DNA of 62,412 nucleotides, filler included. It is 4 parts of 4 records of this genome, joined end to end, with 100 filler letters (N's around TTAATTAATTAA, not from the genome) between each part and the next. Parts side by side here need not be neighbours in the genome. Positions count along the whole stretch, not along the records: positions 1 to 17,608 come from DRR723986_5070; 3 more parts are not named here. One strand, 5' to 3'. The position numbers and the translations under genes are program-made. A model generated the notes under the pieces. That model made no database searches. It was not told the DNA's origin and worked only from the letters and a program-made list of their open reading frames with translations. Positions 1 through 12,468 of the stretch are shown here, piece by piece. Within the stretch, counting starts at the first letter, position 1, and each line of letters begins with the position of its first letter.

Positions 1-11
1 TGTGCCGCGGC

Positions 12-40
12 GGTGCACGGGGGGTGCACGCAAGGTGCAC
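12..40. repeat. Three copies of GGTGCAC (palindromic core GTGCAC) at 11-bp period
   Basis: GGTGCAC starts at 12, 23 and 34, just downstream of the hpt stop; may continue left of the window. Confidence 0.7.
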
Positions 41-66
41 GCATGTCACCCTCCGGAATGTGAGCG

Positions 67-615
67 TTATTCTGCATCTGCGACAAATCGCACCTTACCA
101 ATGAATGGCAGGTTCCGGTTGCGCTGCGCGTAATCAATGCCATACCCCACGACAAATTCATCTGGGATCTCAAATCCAATCCAATCGGATCTGAAGTCAA
201 CCTCGCGTCGGCTGGGTTTGTCCAGAAGCGCAATGGATTTCAAACGCTTGGGGTTGCGGCTTTGCAGCAGCTGGGTCACGTGGTTCAGGGTGTGACCGGT
301 GTCGACGATATCTTCGACGACCAGTACATCGCGCCCTTCAATTGCGCCTCGCAAGTCTTTGAGAATGCGCACTTCTCGGCTGCTCTCCATGGAGTCTCCG
401 TAAGACGACGCCTCTAGAAAATCGACCTCAATCGGCAGGTCCAACTCACGGACGAGGTCAGCGATAAAGACAAAACTACCGCGCAAAAGCCCCACAACAA
501 CAAGCTTGTCGGTGTCGCCAAATTCATTCACAATTTCATGACACAGCTCTTCGATCCGGGCCGCAATAGCCTTGGCCGAGATCATTGTATCTATCACATA
601 TGCGCGGTCGCTCAT
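67..615 (-). CDS. hpt: Hypoxanthine phosphoribosyltransferase
   Basis: [16 protein letters not shown]-binding [20 protein letters not shown]; start moved to ATG 615 (MSDRAY). Confidence 0.95.
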   Translation of the reverse strand: MSDRAYVIDTMISAKAIAARIEELCHEIVNEFGDTDKLVVVGLLRGSFVFIADLVRELDLPIEVDFLEASSYGDSMESSREVRILKDLRGAIEGRDVLVVEDIVDTGHTLNHVTQLLQSRNPKRLKSIALLDKPSRREVDFRSDWIGFEIPDEFVVGYGIDYAQRNRNLPFIGKVRFVADAE

Positions 616-687
616 CGCTGCCCCCTTGATCTTTCGCGCGCAACATACGACATGACGCGCCATTGTCACCCAATAATGCAGGCCCCT

Positions 688-1131
688 ATGCCCACCCACT
701 CAGAAACCAGACCGCTGCCGTACACCGCTCAGCAAATGTACGATCTGGTCGCTGACGTCGCCAAGTATCCGCAGTTTTTGCCATGGTGCGCAGCGGCTCG
801 TATTCGCCGTACTGTTCCGCAAGGGGACGCCACGATGATGGAGGCGGATTTGGTGATTTCTTTCAAGGTGTTCCGCGAACGGTTTGGCAGTCGCGTAGTG
901 CTGTTTCCTGACGATCTAAAGGTGGATACCGAGTACTTGGATGGTCCATTCAAATATATGAAATCCACCTGGAGCTTTGTAGACACAGAGCAGGGGTGCG
1001 AGGTCTCCTTTTTCGTGGATTTCGAATTCAAGAACGCCATTCTGCAGGGCATTATCGGCGTTGTCTTCAACGAAGCCATGCACCGCATTGTTCGTGCCTT
1101 TGAAAAACGCGCAGCGGATCTGTACGGATAA
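688..1131 (+). CDS. RatA/PasT/Coq10-family START-domain protein
   Basis: [46 protein letters not shown]; start ATG 688. Confidence 0.9.
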   Translation: MPTHSETRPLPYTAQQMYDLVADVAKYPQFLPWCAAARIRRTVPQGDATMMEADLVISFKVFRERFGSRVVLFPDDLKVDTEYLDGPFKYMKSTWSFVDTEQGCEVSFFVDFEFKNAILQGIIGVVFNEAMHRIVRAFEKRAADLYG

Positions 1132-1167
1132 GCTTTACCATGCTGATATGGGCGCTAGACTGCCCTT

Positions 1168-2469
1168 ATGACACAGTTTTCTTCTTCTTTGGCTGCATTT
1201 GCAGCTGATCCTGTAACCACCACTGGCGCTGCCCGTTTGGTGACATCTCTGTCTGCGCTTGATTGGATCTCGGTTGGTCGGGCAGGTGTAACGGAACCCG
1301 TTTCTCAGATAACACGCGATATGGTGCTTGATGAATCCGGGGCGGGTCAGGCAACGCTGTTTGGCACAGGATCGGCCCCGGCGCGGTCTGCGGCTTTGGT
1401 GAACGGGACTACGTCCCATGCGCTGGATTACGATGACACCCATTTCGCCCATATTGGTCACCCGTCTGTTGCCGTGTTTCCCGCAGCCTTGGCGATGGGA
1501 CAGGTGGAAAACAAACCCCTTGTTGATGTGCTCGAGGCTGCGTTGGTCGGGATGGAGGTCTCAATCCGTGTCGGCTTGTGGCTTGGGCGGGATCATTACC
1601 AAACCGGATTTCATCAAACTGCAACGGCGGGCGCATTTGGTGCGGCAGCAGCAGCTGCGCGCCTTGCGGGTTTGAAGAGCGAACAAATACAAATGGTTCT
1701 GGGCCTGACCGCCACCCGCGCCGCTGGCCTAAAGGTACAATTCGGGACCATGGGCAAACCGTATAACGCAGGCCTTGCCGCATCAGCTGGTGTTGAAGCA
1801 ACGGAATTGGTCAAACGCGGTTTCGTTTCACACCCCGAAGCACTGGAAGGCGCCTTTGGATTTGGCGCAACGCACCATGGACAGCAGGACGTGCAGGCCG
1901 GGCTGGACGGGATCGGGGATGAATGGCTGTTTGAATCCGTCAGTCACAAGTTCCATGCCTGTTGTCATGGGCTACATGCCGCGCTTGAGGCAGCTCGGAC
2001 ATTGGATATAGCCGAGCCTGAAGTGGCTGAAATTCAAGTGAAAACAAGCCCCCGCTGGATGAGCGTTTGCAATCAGATTGCTCCGACTACCGGATTGGGG
2101 GCCAAGTTCTCATATCGCACTGTCTTGGCGATGCGCGCTATTGGATATGACACCGCTAAGTTGGAAAGCTATTCAGACGACGTCTGTGCAGATCAACGTC
2201 TGATCCGGCTCAGGGATCGGATCAAAGTCCAAGCAGATGAAAACCTCTCAGAAACAGAGGCTCAACTGACCATCCTAAGACGGGATGGCGCGCGATTAGA
2301 GGCGCATCACGACTTGCAATCGCCACTGTCGCTTTCGGATCGCGAGGATCGTGTGCGGCGCAAGGCCAAGCTGTTGATCGGAAACCAGATGGCAGACGAA
2401 ATCTGGTCTATGTTGCAAAGCGGCGGCAGCGCGCATGGGTTTGCGGATTATTTGACGGTAACGTCTTAA
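1168..2469 (+). CDS. MmgE/PrpD family protein
   Basis: NGTTSHALDYDDTH, GHPS, GFHQT, KFHACCHG. Confidence 0.88.
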   Translation: MTQFSSSLAAFAADPVTTTGAARLVTSLSALDWISVGRAGVTEPVSQITRDMVLDESGAGQATLFGTGSAPARSAALVNGTTSHALDYDDTHFAHIGHPSVAVFPAALAMGQVENKPLVDVLEAALVGMEVSIRVGLWLGRDHYQTGFHQTATAGAFGAAAAAARLAGLKSEQIQMVLGLTATRAAGLKVQFGTMGKPYNAGLAASAGVEATELVKRGFVSHPEALEGAFGFGATHHGQQDVQAGLDGIGDEWLFESVSHKFHACCHGLHAALEAARTLDIAEPEVAEIQVKTSPRWMSVCNQIAPTTGLGAKFSYRTVLAMRAIGYDTAKLESYSDDVCADQRLIRLRDRIKVQADENLSETEAQLTILRRDGARLEAHHDLQSPLSLSDREDRVRRKAKLLIGNQMADEIWSMLQSGGSAHGFADYLTVTS

Positions 2470-2471
2470 TC

Positions 2472-2511
2472 AAAAAAGGGCCGGTTCATGCGGAACCGGC
2501 CCCTGATTTTT
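2472..2511. terminator. Bidirectional intrinsic terminator
   Basis: GGGCCGGTTC-N5-GAACCGGCCC (2478-2502) flanked by A6 and T5 between convergent genes. Confidence 0.85.
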
Positions 2512-2515
2512 GGTC

Positions 2516-3964
<1,449 letters not shown>

Positions 3965-4194
3965 CTAGTAACCCCTATGCATAAGCCCGTTTGACGGCCA
4001 CCCTATCGCATGGATTGCCAGCAGGGGAAAGCCCCCAAGCGCAGACTGTGTTACACAGGCACTTTTCTACAATTTCGCGCAGCAATCGCAAAAAACGACG
4101 CCACGAACAAACAACGTGCCGCTCTCTGGCCTTTCCCTTTCTGTCGAAACCCATATCTTGCCACGAAACGCGCAACACCAAAGGCAGTCCTCGA

Positions 4195-6243
4195 ATGACA
4201 ACCGATCCTCTCGTCGTCTTCACTCCATCTGGCAAACGCGGGAACTTTCCCGTTGGCACGCCGATTCTGACCGCAGCACGCCAGTTGGGTGTCGATTTGG
4301 ATTCGGTCTGTGGCGGACGCGGAATTTGTTCCAAATGTCAGATTACCCCATCTTATGGCGAATTTCCCAAACACGGCGTCACCGCATCCGAGGGCGCTCT
4401 GTCGGAATGGAACGCAGTGGAGCAGCGCTACGAGGATAAACGAGGGCTCAAAGCTGGGCGTCGGCTGGGCTGTCAGGCAACTGTTTTGGGCGATATCGTG
4501 ATTGACGTCCCCCCAGAAAGCCAAGTCCACCGTCAGGTGGTACGCAAAGCCGCCGCAGCGCGTGCTATTACGATGGATCCAGCAACGCGGCTGTACTTTG
4601 TCGAGGTCGAAGAGCCTGACATGCATTCACCAACGGGTGATTTGGAACGCTTGGAACGTGCGCTCAAGGATCAATGGGGCATTCCAGCGATCACCGCTGA
4701 CCTGTCTCTGATGTCAAAATTGCAGCCTGTTTTGCGCAAAGGCAAATGGCAGGTCACCGTCGCCGTGCACAAAAGCCATTCTGGCGCAACCGCTAGTATC
4801 ACCGAAATCTGGCCGGGCCTGCACGAAGGCGGGCTTTATGGGCTGGCCATCGATTTGGGGTCCACAACAATTGCCGCTCACCTGACGGATCTGGAAACAG
4901 GAGAAGTCACTGCATCGTCGGGATTGATGAACCCGCAGATCCGTTTTGGTGAGGATTTGATGAGCCGCGTCTCGTACGCAATGATGAACCCGGGCGGCGA
5001 TAAGGAGATGACCCGTGCGGTGCGCGAAGCGATCGATGATCTGACTAAGGACATCGCCGAAGAAGGCAACATCGATCCCAACCTGATCGTCGAAACCGTG
5101 TTTGTCTGCAACCCAGTGATGCACCATCTGCTGTTGGGTTTGGATCCCGTTGAGTTGGGGCAGGCACCGTTTGCACTGGCAACATCGCAAAGCATGTCAC
5201 TGGACGCGCGCAATCTTGATCTGACGACCATGAATGACCGGGCACAAGTGTACATTCTACCCTGTATCGCCGGTCACGTTGGGGCGGATGCTGCGGCAGT
5301 TGCGCTAAGCGAAGAACCCGGTAAATCCAAAGACTTGGTTTTGATAGTTGATGTTGGAACCAACGCTGAAATTCTACTTGGTGATACCTCACGTGTACTG
5401 GCGTGTTCGTCCCCAACAGGGCCAGCGTTCGAGGGTGCCCAGATCAGCTCTGGACAGCGCGCCGCGCCCGGCGCGATTGAACGGATTGAAATTGACCCGG
5501 CCACCAAAGAACCACGCTTCCGTGTGATCGGGTCAGACATCTGGTCCAACGAAGATGGTTTTGATGCGGTTATTGCAACCACCGGCATCACCGGCATTTG
5601 TGGGTCAGGAATCATTGAGGCGGTCGCTGAATTGCGCATTGCGGGTCTGCTTGATCCGTCTGGTTTGCTTGGGTCTGCGGCGCAAACAGGAACGGAACGG
5701 ATGATCCCCGAGGGGCGCACCCATTCCTATTTGATCCATGACGCAACGGCCGAGGGCGGTCCACGTATCACAGTGACCCAAGGCGATATCCGGGCTATTC
5801 AATTAGCGAAATCAGCGCTCTATGCTGGGGCGCGGTTGTTGATGGATGAAATGGAAGTCGACAAAGTTGATCGGGTTGTTTTGGCCGGGGCCTTTGGCGC
5901 GCATATCTCAACAAAACATGCAATGGTTTTGGGCATGATCCCCGATGCACCACTGGAAAGCGTGTCCAGCGCCGGGAATGCTGCGGGTACAGGCGCGCGG
6001 ATTGCCTTGTGTAATATCGCAGCCCGGGTCGAGATTGAGCGTGTGGTTGGTGAAATCACAAAGGTTGAGACTGCAATTGAACCAAAGTTCCAGGAACACT
6101 TTGTTGCAGCGAATGCGATCCCACACAAAACCGACCCGTTTCCTGAACTGTCCAAAATTGTGAACTTGCCAGACCTGACGTTCAACACAGGCGGTGACTC
6201 AGACTCCGCTTCGGGTGGACGGCGTCGTCGGCGTCGGGGCTAA
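4195..6243 (+). CDS. ASKHA-domain 2Fe-2S protein (RamA/RACo-like corrinoid reactivase, DUF4445)
   Basis: CGGRGICSKC...RLGCQ ferredoxin, AIDLGSTT, DVGTNAE, GPAFEG, GICGSG, LAGAFG; start ATG 4195. Confidence 0.88.
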   Translation: MTTDPLVVFTPSGKRGNFPVGTPILTAARQLGVDLDSVCGGRGICSKCQITPSYGEFPKHGVTASEGALSEWNAVEQRYEDKRGLKAGRRLGCQATVLGDIVIDVPPESQVHRQVVRKAAAARAITMDPATRLYFVEVEEPDMHSPTGDLERLERALKDQWGIPAITADLSLMSKLQPVLRKGKWQVTVAVHKSHSGATASITEIWPGLHEGGLYGLAIDLGSTTIAAHLTDLETGEVTASSGLMNPQIRFGEDLMSRVSYAMMNPGGDKEMTRAVREAIDDLTKDIAEEGNIDPNLIVETVFVCNPVMHHLLLGLDPVELGQAPFALATSQSMSLDARNLDLTTMNDRAQVYILPCIAGHVGADAAAVALSEEPGKSKDLVLIVDVGTNAEILLGDTSRVLACSSPTGPAFEGAQISSGQRAAPGAIERIEIDPATKEPRFRVIGSDIWSNEDGFDAVIATTGITGICGSGIIEAVAELRIAGLLDPSGLLGSAAQTGTERMIPEGRTHSYLIHDATAEGGPRITVTQGDIRAIQLAKSALYAGARLLMDEMEVDKVDRVVLAGAFGAHISTKHAMVLGMIPDAPLESVSSAGNAAGTGARIALCNIAARVEIERVVGEITKVETAIEPKFQEHFVAANAIPHKTDPFPELSKIVNLPDLTFNTGGDSDSASGGRRRRRRG

Positions 6244-6315
6244 CTTCCTTTATTGCCTGCGTCCTGTTATCTTAACGGTGGCAGGGCAGCTGGCGAATAC
6301 CTCCGGTACCAATGC

Positions 6316-6344
6316 AAAAAGCCTGCGTAAATCACGCAGGCTTT
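6316..6344. terminator. Intrinsic terminator between convergent genes
   Basis: AAAAA GCCTGCGT-aaatc-ACGCAGGC TTT. Confidence 0.8.
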
Positions 6345-6378
6345 AAAATGACGGGTCGGTCACTTTAGAGGGCAGGGA

Positions 6379-6948
6379 TCAGCGGCCCCAGGTCCTGACA
6401 TCACCGCAATCCATGTGGACGAAGTTAGAGCTGGAATACCGGCCCACACCGCCTGCACGGCACGACGAAGCCGCTCGTGCGATTTGACTAACTGACCGGG
6501 AAGACAACCGTAAATCGGCGGCTTTACCCTGCATATGAAGAGAATTCTTGGCGACCCCGCGTGAGCGACGACGCAACATGGCGTTGGTCTTTGGGCTGCG
6601 ATAGCCAGACAACATCATGTAAGGTTCGCTGATATCCATCAGGTTGTGTGAGGCGGCCATGATATCGATTGTGCGCAGATCAATGCCCTTGACCTGATCG
6701 GTGCGCCAGTCTCGCATGAAGTGGTTCACTTCTTTCACGGCGTCTTTGATGTATTTTCCGTCGATCCAATACACCATATCGATCCGTTCGCCGGTGCGTC
6801 CTGAATACATTCGAATGCGTCGAATGTCGCCACCCCCGCGAAGAAAGCCTGCTGCGTTGGAATAAGTCGGCGCGGCGATTACAGCTGTTGCTGCGAATGC
6901 TCCCAGTAGCGCGCGCCGGGTCATGCCCGATGAGCTAAGTTCTGTCAT
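6379..6948 (-). CDS. YcbK/DUF882 (MepK-like, M15) peptidoglycan peptidase, Tat-exported
   Basis: Tat signal TRRALL; SGYRSPKTN, SLHMQGKAAD, FVHMD. Confidence 0.9.
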   Translation of the reverse strand: MTELSSSGMTRRALLGAFAATAVIAAPTYSNAAGFLRGGGDIRRIRMYSGRTGERIDMVYWIDGKYIKDAVKEVNHFMRDWRTDQVKGIDLRTIDIMAASHNLMDISEPYMMLSGYRSPKTNAMLRRRSRGVAKNSLHMQGKAADLRLSSRSVSQIARAASSCRAGGVGRYSSSNFVHMDCGDVRTWGR

Positions 6949-7320
6949 TTCTTGCGTCCGTCCCGTATGTCGTCCTGCCTGCGCCCGATGTTACGTGCGC
7001 ATTGGTTAATATCCATCCCCGGATGTGCTGTGTATGCCACAGGTCGATTCCCTCGCCAAGAAGTGTTTGCCCGAGGCACTGATAAGGGGGAATTTTCGGC
7101 AGAAATTTGCGCAAATGCAGTTTCTTTGACTGAAAACTGTATGAAGTTTGTGTGCAGGACGCCCCCTCAAAAGACTGGGGTGAACGCGCCTTTCACATCT
7201 CATCTGTTTTGAATAATTCGCAGCTCATGGATTTGTGAGTAGACTTTTCCCCGTGATTTTTCACAAAATGAGTTGGATATTCGCCCCTTATACCTTTGCG
7301 CCCCTCCCAAGGAAGTTTCT

Positions 7321-8934
7321 ATGATTCCCCGATTCGCTCAGCCATCTGGCAAAACTTTGACAAAATACCTGAGTGTTGCCTGGTTGGTTCTGAGTGGGGT
7401 GGGGCCGGCATCGGCTCAAATCACGGCGTTTAAACAAGCCGTGGCAGAGGCCGCTTCGGGTAGCGAAGGTGTTTCAGCCTTTTACCGGGACAGTGGGTAC
7501 AAGCCGATCTGGACAGGACAAGACGACCTTTCTACGGCGCGCCGTGCTGCGTTGTTTGATGCGCTGTCTTTGGCTGATTTGCATGGGCTTCCACAGGACC
7601 GCTACAATATCGAATCCCTGAAGGCGCAAATGGCTGGTGTTCGCTCGGTCCGGGATCTTGGACAGGTCGAGGCCGCGTTGAGCCAAATCTTTGTGACATA
7701 TGCCCGAGACCTACAAAGCGGCTTTATCAAACCGTCGACCATCGACAAAGATATCGTGCGCAAGATTACCCGGCCTGCGCCTGGCGTTTTGTTGAGTGAT
7801 TTCTCAACGTCCAAGCCGTCGGCCTATTTGCGGGGATTAGCCCCTGCGTCTGCGCAATACCGGGCCTTGCTCAAGGAGAAAATCACCCTAGAGGAATTGC
7901 TTGCAACAGGTGGTTGGGGGCTTTCGGTTCCTGTTCGGAAAATGAAACGTGGGGACACAGGTCGAGACGTGATTGTATTGCGCAATCGGTTAGTCACCAT
8001 GGGGTATTTGGGGCGAACAGCGACCTCACAATACGACACTTCAATTCAAAAGGCCGTCGAGAGCTTTCAACAGGCACACGGTCTCGAGGTAGACGGTGTC
8101 GCCGGAACCGGGACCATCAAAGAAATCAACAAATCTGTTGCTGATCGTCTGAAATCCGTGATCGTTGCCTTGGAACGTGAGCGGTGGTTGCCGCGTGAAC
8201 GCGGTAAACGGCATATATTGGTGAACCAAACGGATTTCTCGGCGCAGATCGTTGATGAAGGCTATGTAACGTTCCAAACCAGATCAGTTATTGGCAAGAA
8301 CGTAGAGGGACGGCGTACCCCTGAGTTTTCTGATGTAATGGAACACATGGTCATCAACCCAAGTTGGTACGTCCCGCGGTCAATCATCACCAAAGAGTAT
8401 CTGCCAAAGCTGCGGGCCAATCCGAATGCTGTGTCTCACATCGAAATCACGGACAGCCGTGGCCGCCGGGTCAATCGGGGTGCCGTCAATTTCTCGAACT
8501 ATTCTGCAAAAACATTTCCGTTTTCGATGCGTCAGCCGCCAAGCAAACGGAACGCACTTGGTTTGGTAAAGTTCATCTTTCCAAACAAGCACAATATCTA
8601 CTTGCACGATACGCCGCAAAAACATCTCTTTGCACGAGAGGTTCGGGCCTATTCCCACGGTTGTATCCGGTTGTCTCAGCCGTTTGAATTTGCCTATGCG
8701 CTTCTCGCTCATCAGGAAGAGAACCCCAAAGACTATTTCCATAGTGTTCTCAACACAGGAACAGAAACCAAAGTCCCGCTGAAAACTCAGCTTCCTGTGC
8801 ATATTATTTATCGGACAGCCCTTATCACAAATACGGGCAAGGCTGAATTCCGCAAGGATATCTATGGGCGGGATGCAAAAATCTGGGAGGCAATGCGTCG
8901 CGCAGGGGTGGCCCTGTCCGCCGTTCAGGGGTAA
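7321..8934 (+). CDS. L,D-transpeptidase (YcbB/LdtD-like) with PG-binding domain
   Basis: [30 protein letters not shown] 7321 after AAGGAAG. Confidence 0.92.
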   Translation: MIPRFAQPSGKTLTKYLSVAWLVLSGVGPASAQITAFKQAVAEAASGSEGVSAFYRDSGYKPIWTGQDDLSTARRAALFDALSLADLHGLPQDRYNIESLKAQMAGVRSVRDLGQVEAALSQIFVTYARDLQSGFIKPSTIDKDIVRKITRPAPGVLLSDFSTSKPSAYLRGLAPASAQYRALLKEKITLEELLATGGWGLSVPVRKMKRGDTGRDVIVLRNRLVTMGYLGRTATSQYDTSIQKAVESFQQAHGLEVDGVAGTGTIKEINKSVADRLKSVIVALERERWLPRERGKRHILVNQTDFSAQIVDEGYVTFQTRSVIGKNVEGRRTPEFSDVMEHMVINPSWYVPRSIITKEYLPKLRANPNAVSHIEITDSRGRRVNRGAVNFSNYSAKTFPFSMRQPPSKRNALGLVKFIFPNKHNIYLHDTPQKHLFAREVRAYSHGCIRLSQPFEFAYALLAHQEENPKDYFHSVLNTGTETKVPLKTQLPVHIIYRTALITNTGKAEFRKDIYGRDAKIWEAMRRAGVALSAVQG

Positions 8935-8972
8935 GCACATCAGACCACCACAGTCACCTTGGGGTCTTAGGC

Positions 8973-10049
8973 ATGGAATTTACAGTGCAACACATCGCGG
9001 ACGCTCTTGGAGCCGAAGCAGCGGGAAACAAAGACCTAATTGTATGCGGGGCATCAGAACCTGCTGATGCAACCGCACAGGACCTTGCTTTGGCAATGTC
9101 GCCTAAATACGGTGACGCCCTTCGCCAAGGCCAGGCGCGCGTAGCGATTGTATGGCCCGGCGCAGATTGGCAGTCATTTGGGCTAGAGGCTGCGATTTTC
9201 ACGCCGAGACCTCGGATGGCGATGGCGGGTGTCACGCTGATGATGGATGCGGGGCAGGGTTTCCCAGAGGGGGTCCATCCGGCTGCGGTTATCGATCCCA
9301 GCGCCATTATCGAAGAGGGCGTGTCGATCGGCCCCTTAACCGTGATTGGTGCCAGAGCGCGCATTGGGGCTGGATCAGTGATCGGGGCCCATTGTTACAT
9401 CGGGATGGAGGCCACAGTTGGTCAGGGTACAGTTCTGCGAGAAATGGTCAGTATCGGTGCCCGGGCCATCATCGGTGATCGGTTTATTGGACAGCCCGGC
9501 GCGCGCATTGGCTCGGATGGCTTCAGTTTTGTAACGCCAGAGGTGTCCGGGGTCGAAAACGCGCGAAAGTCGCTAGGTGACCAGGGGGATGCCAAAGCGC
9601 AAAGTTGGATGAGAATTCACTCGATCGGGGCCGTCGAGATTGGCGATGATGTAGAAATAGGTGCCAATTGTACCATCGATAATGGAACCATACGGAACAC
9701 CTACATTGGATCTGGAACCAAGTTGGATAATTTGGTTCACATCGGACACAATGTGCGTATCGGAAAAGACTGTCTGGTATGTGGACAAACCGGTATTTCC
9801 GGATCTGTTGAGGTTGGCAACAACGTTGTGTTTGGCGGGCAGTGCGGTGTGTCTGACAATATTTTTGTCGGAGACGGTGTTGTCGCAGCTGGTGGAAGCA
9901 AAATCTTGACCAACGTTCCTGCGGGGCGTGTCGTTATGGGATATCCTGCGGTAAAGATGGAAACACATACAGAGATTTACAAAGCACAAAGACGCCTGCC
10001 ACGTTTGCAACGTGACGTAGCTGAGCTAAAAAAGACGGTTTCCAAATAG
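8973..10049 (+). CDS. lpxD: UDP-3-O-(3-hydroxyacyl)glucosamine N-acyltransferase
   Basis: Hexapeptide repeats, [22 protein letters not shown]. Confidence 0.92.
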   Translation: MEFTVQHIADALGAEAAGNKDLIVCGASEPADATAQDLALAMSPKYGDALRQGQARVAIVWPGADWQSFGLEAAIFTPRPRMAMAGVTLMMDAGQGFPEGVHPAAVIDPSAIIEEGVSIGPLTVIGARARIGAGSVIGAHCYIGMEATVGQGTVLREMVSIGARAIIGDRFIGQPGARIGSDGFSFVTPEVSGVENARKSLGDQGDAKAQSWMRIHSIGAVEIGDDVEIGANCTIDNGTIRNTYIGSGTKLDNLVHIGHNVRIGKDCLVCGQTGISGSVEVGNNVVFGGQCGVSDNIFVGDGVVAAGGSKILTNVPAGRVVMGYPAVKMETHTEIYKAQRRLPRLQRDVAELKKTVSK

Positions 10050-10096
10050 AGGCTGAGCGATTAAATCATCCTCAGATCAACATGTAGAGGATCGTC

Positions 10097-10354
10097 ATGA
10101 ACATCAACGACCGGGTCATCGCCATCATCGCGGAGCAGGCCGTTTTGGAACCTTCCGATGTCACACACGAAAGCACTCTTGAAGATTTGGGAATCGACAG
10201 TCTGGGACTGGTAGAGAGCATATTTGCTATTGAAGAGGAATTTGATATTTCCATCCCCTTCAATGCCAATGAAACCACACAAAGCGAATTTGATCTTTCA
10301 AATGTGGCGGCTATTGTCGCAGGGATCGAAAAGCTTGTAGCGGAAAAGGTTTAA
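10097..10354 (+). CDS. Acyl carrier protein (non-canonical paralog)
   Basis: DLGIDSLGLVE phosphopantetheine site, acidic, 85 aa. Confidence 0.92.
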   Translation: MNINDRVIAIIAEQAVLEPSDVTHESTLEDLGIDSLGLVESIFAIEEEFDISIPFNANETTQSEFDLSNVAAIVAGIEKLVAEKV

Positions 10355-10367
10355 CCGGCGTCATATC

Positions 10368-11576
10368 ATGAAACGCGTTGTTATAACCGGGGCCGGTACC
10401 ATAAATGCCCTGGGTCACACAGTGCCTGATACGTTAGCTGCAATGCGCGAAGGGCAGTGCGGGATCGGTGCGCTAGATTTTCGCGATGTTGACAGGCTTG
10501 CCATAAAAATCGGTGGTCAGGTTCATGGATTTGAAGTTGACGGCCGGTTCAACCGTCAGCAGATGACCCTTTATGATAGGTTCACCCAGTTCACTTTGAT
10601 CGCGGCCAAAGAAGCGATCACGCAATCTGGGATCGTGTTCAGTGGCGAAATGTCGGCCCGATCTGGTGTTGTTCTTGGAACCGCTGGTGGTGGCGTGAGC
10701 ACATGGGACGACAATTATCGGTCCGTCTACGAAGACGGCAAAAACCGTGTGCATCCGTTTGTTGTTCCAAAATTGATGAACAACGCAGCGGCCAGCCACG
10801 TGTCTATGGAATATAACCTCAAGGGGCCATCATTTACGGTTTCTACCGCCTGTGCTTCCTCCAACCATGCCATGGCACAGGCCTTTACGATGGTTCGGAG
10901 TGGCCTGGCTCCGGCTATGATTACCGGCGGGTCTGAATCGATGCTGTGTTTTGGCGGGGTCAAAGCCTGGGAAGGGTTGCGCGTCATGTCCAAAGACGCC
11001 TGTCGCCCCTTTAGTGCCAACCGAAATGGCATGGTGCAGGGCGAAGGCGCCGGTATTTTTGTTTTCGAAGAATATGAACATGCACGCGCCAGAGGGGCCG
11101 AAATCCTGTGCGAAGTGGCAGGGTTTGCCATGTCGTCAGATGCGACAGATATCGTGATGCCCTCGAAACAGGGCGCGGCACGGGCAATGGCCGGCGCCCT
11201 CTCAGACGCACGGATCAATGCCCAAGACGTGGGCTATATCAATGCACACGGAACGGGCACGGCGGCCAACGACAAAACGGAATGTGCGGCGGTGGCTGAT
11301 GTATTTGGCCCCCATGCAGATAACCTCATGATCTCTTCAACCAAATCAATGCATGGGCATCTGATCGGCGGAACCGGGGCTGTTGAACTTTTGGCCTGTA
11401 TCATGGCTCTGCGGGACGGCGTGATTGCCCCTACCATAGGGTATGAAGAAGCAGATCCCGAATGCGCGCTGGACGTTGTGCCGAACGAGGCCCGCGATGC
11501 CAATGTGGATGTTGTTCTGAGCAATGCGTTTGCTTTTGGCGGTCTCAATGCCGTGCTCGCCTTGCGCAAAATCTGA
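10368..11576 (+). CDS. fabF: Beta-ketoacyl-ACP synthase II (FabF-like)
   Basis: STACASS, NAHGTGT, KSMHGH, NAFAFGG. Confidence 0.85.
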   Translation: MKRVVITGAGTINALGHTVPDTLAAMREGQCGIGALDFRDVDRLAIKIGGQVHGFEVDGRFNRQQMTLYDRFTQFTLIAAKEAITQSGIVFSGEMSARSGVVLGTAGGGVSTWDDNYRSVYEDGKNRVHPFVVPKLMNNAAASHVSMEYNLKGPSFTVSTACASSNHAMAQAFTMVRSGLAPAMITGGSESMLCFGGVKAWEGLRVMSKDACRPFSANRNGMVQGEGAGIFVFEEYEHARARGAEILCEVAGFAMSSDATDIVMPSKQGAARAMAGALSDARINAQDVGYINAHGTGTAANDKTECAAVADVFGPHADNLMISSTKSMHGHLIGGTGAVELLACIMALRDGVIAPTIGYEEADPECALDVVPNEARDANVDVVLSNAFAFGGLNAVLALRKI

Positions 11577-11597
11577 AACTTGAAACGCCTTAAAAGG

Positions 11598-11631
11598 AAA
11601 AGCCGACCCTCTGAAAAGGGCCGGCTTTTTT
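11598..11631. terminator. Bidirectional intrinsic terminator
   Basis: AAAAGCCGACCCT...AGGGCCGGCTTTTTT between convergent fabF and ialB. Confidence 0.8.
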
Positions 11632-11653
11632 GTTTTAGGTCACAATGCTGAAC

Positions 11654-12262
11654 TCAGTTGGTGACAACATCTACAATGTCATAGCCCGCAGTGAACCCTT
11701 TCAGCGACATTGTCAGTTCAATGATCTGATCAGGCGCGGGGGCAGGAACCAAAGAAATCTTGGCCTCGGCCCCTTTTTTGAAGGCATCGATATCTGCCTG
11801 CGTCAGGCCAATCTGCGCGACACAGCCGATGGGGTTACAGAACGAGTAATTGTATCTCTTGCCCGGAGCGCCATCGACTGAAATTGTCAATTGTGCTGGA
11901 AGCAAGGTTTCGAGCGGCACAACAATTGTCGCGCCCGCAACTGCGGCTTGACCTTCCTCTAGGCGAAACAACGAAAATTCGGCCATTGGATTGTTTGCTG
12001 GGTCTGTCAAAACTTGCAACAAAGAGCAAGGATCCGTTTCGGCCTCGGTTTTGATGCAAGCCAAATCCCACGAACCAAAAGTTTCTTTGGAATACCGCTG
12101 CCCCAAGGCCGGGCCTTCGGGCACTGGTTGACCAAGATCGAGAACCTCTTCAACCGGTTTCGCGTCTTGGGTTTCGGGCGTGGTTGTGTCTTGGGCCGTT
12201 ACACCCACTGTCATTGTCAACAGCGCAAGCGCGCTCACCGCGGAGAGTCGTGTAATGTTCAT
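11654..12262 (-). CDS. ialB: Invasion-associated locus B (IalB) family exported protein
   Basis: Signal peptide, FGSWDLAC, PLETLL, FCNPIGC, MSLKGF; ATG 12262 follows GAGG (12274 is an alternative start). Confidence 0.8.
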   Translation of the reverse strand: MNITRLSAVSALALLTMTVGVTAQDTTTPETQDAKPVEEVLDLGQPVPEGPALGQRYSKETFGSWDLACIKTEAETDPCSLLQVLTDPANNPMAEFSLFRLEEGQAAVAGATIVVPLETLLPAQLTISVDGAPGKRYNYSFCNPIGCVAQIGLTQADIDAFKKGAEAKISLVPAPAPDQIIELTMSLKGFTAGYDIVDVVTN

Positions 12263-12386
12263 CTGGTGCCTCATTCATCGAAACTGCTTGAAAATCGTCT
12301 AGCATGGCCGGGTTCTACTGTCAGTCTCAATTGAGGGACGTAACTGGGAATTGACGAAAAATCGCTGATCTGATCGCGCGGGAACC

Positions 12387-12462
12387 AAAAGAAAAAGGAG
12401 ACCGCATATCGATCTCCTTTTTCCTTGTTTTTCTCCCCGTCGGACTGGCCGACTTAGTTATT
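12387..12462 (-). ncRNA. Candidate ~76-nt small RNA
   Basis: Follows a sigma70-type promoter; hairpin GTCGG-CCAGT-CCGAC, purine-rich linker, terminator GGAGATCG-atatg-CGGTCTCC then TTTTTCTTTT. Confidence 0.6.
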
Positions 12463-12468
12463 GAGCGG

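Noticed and set aside
688-1131. RatA as a toxin-antitoxin system
   Set aside because: No antitoxin partner; the family is Coq10-like and acts in ubiquinone-dependent respiration.
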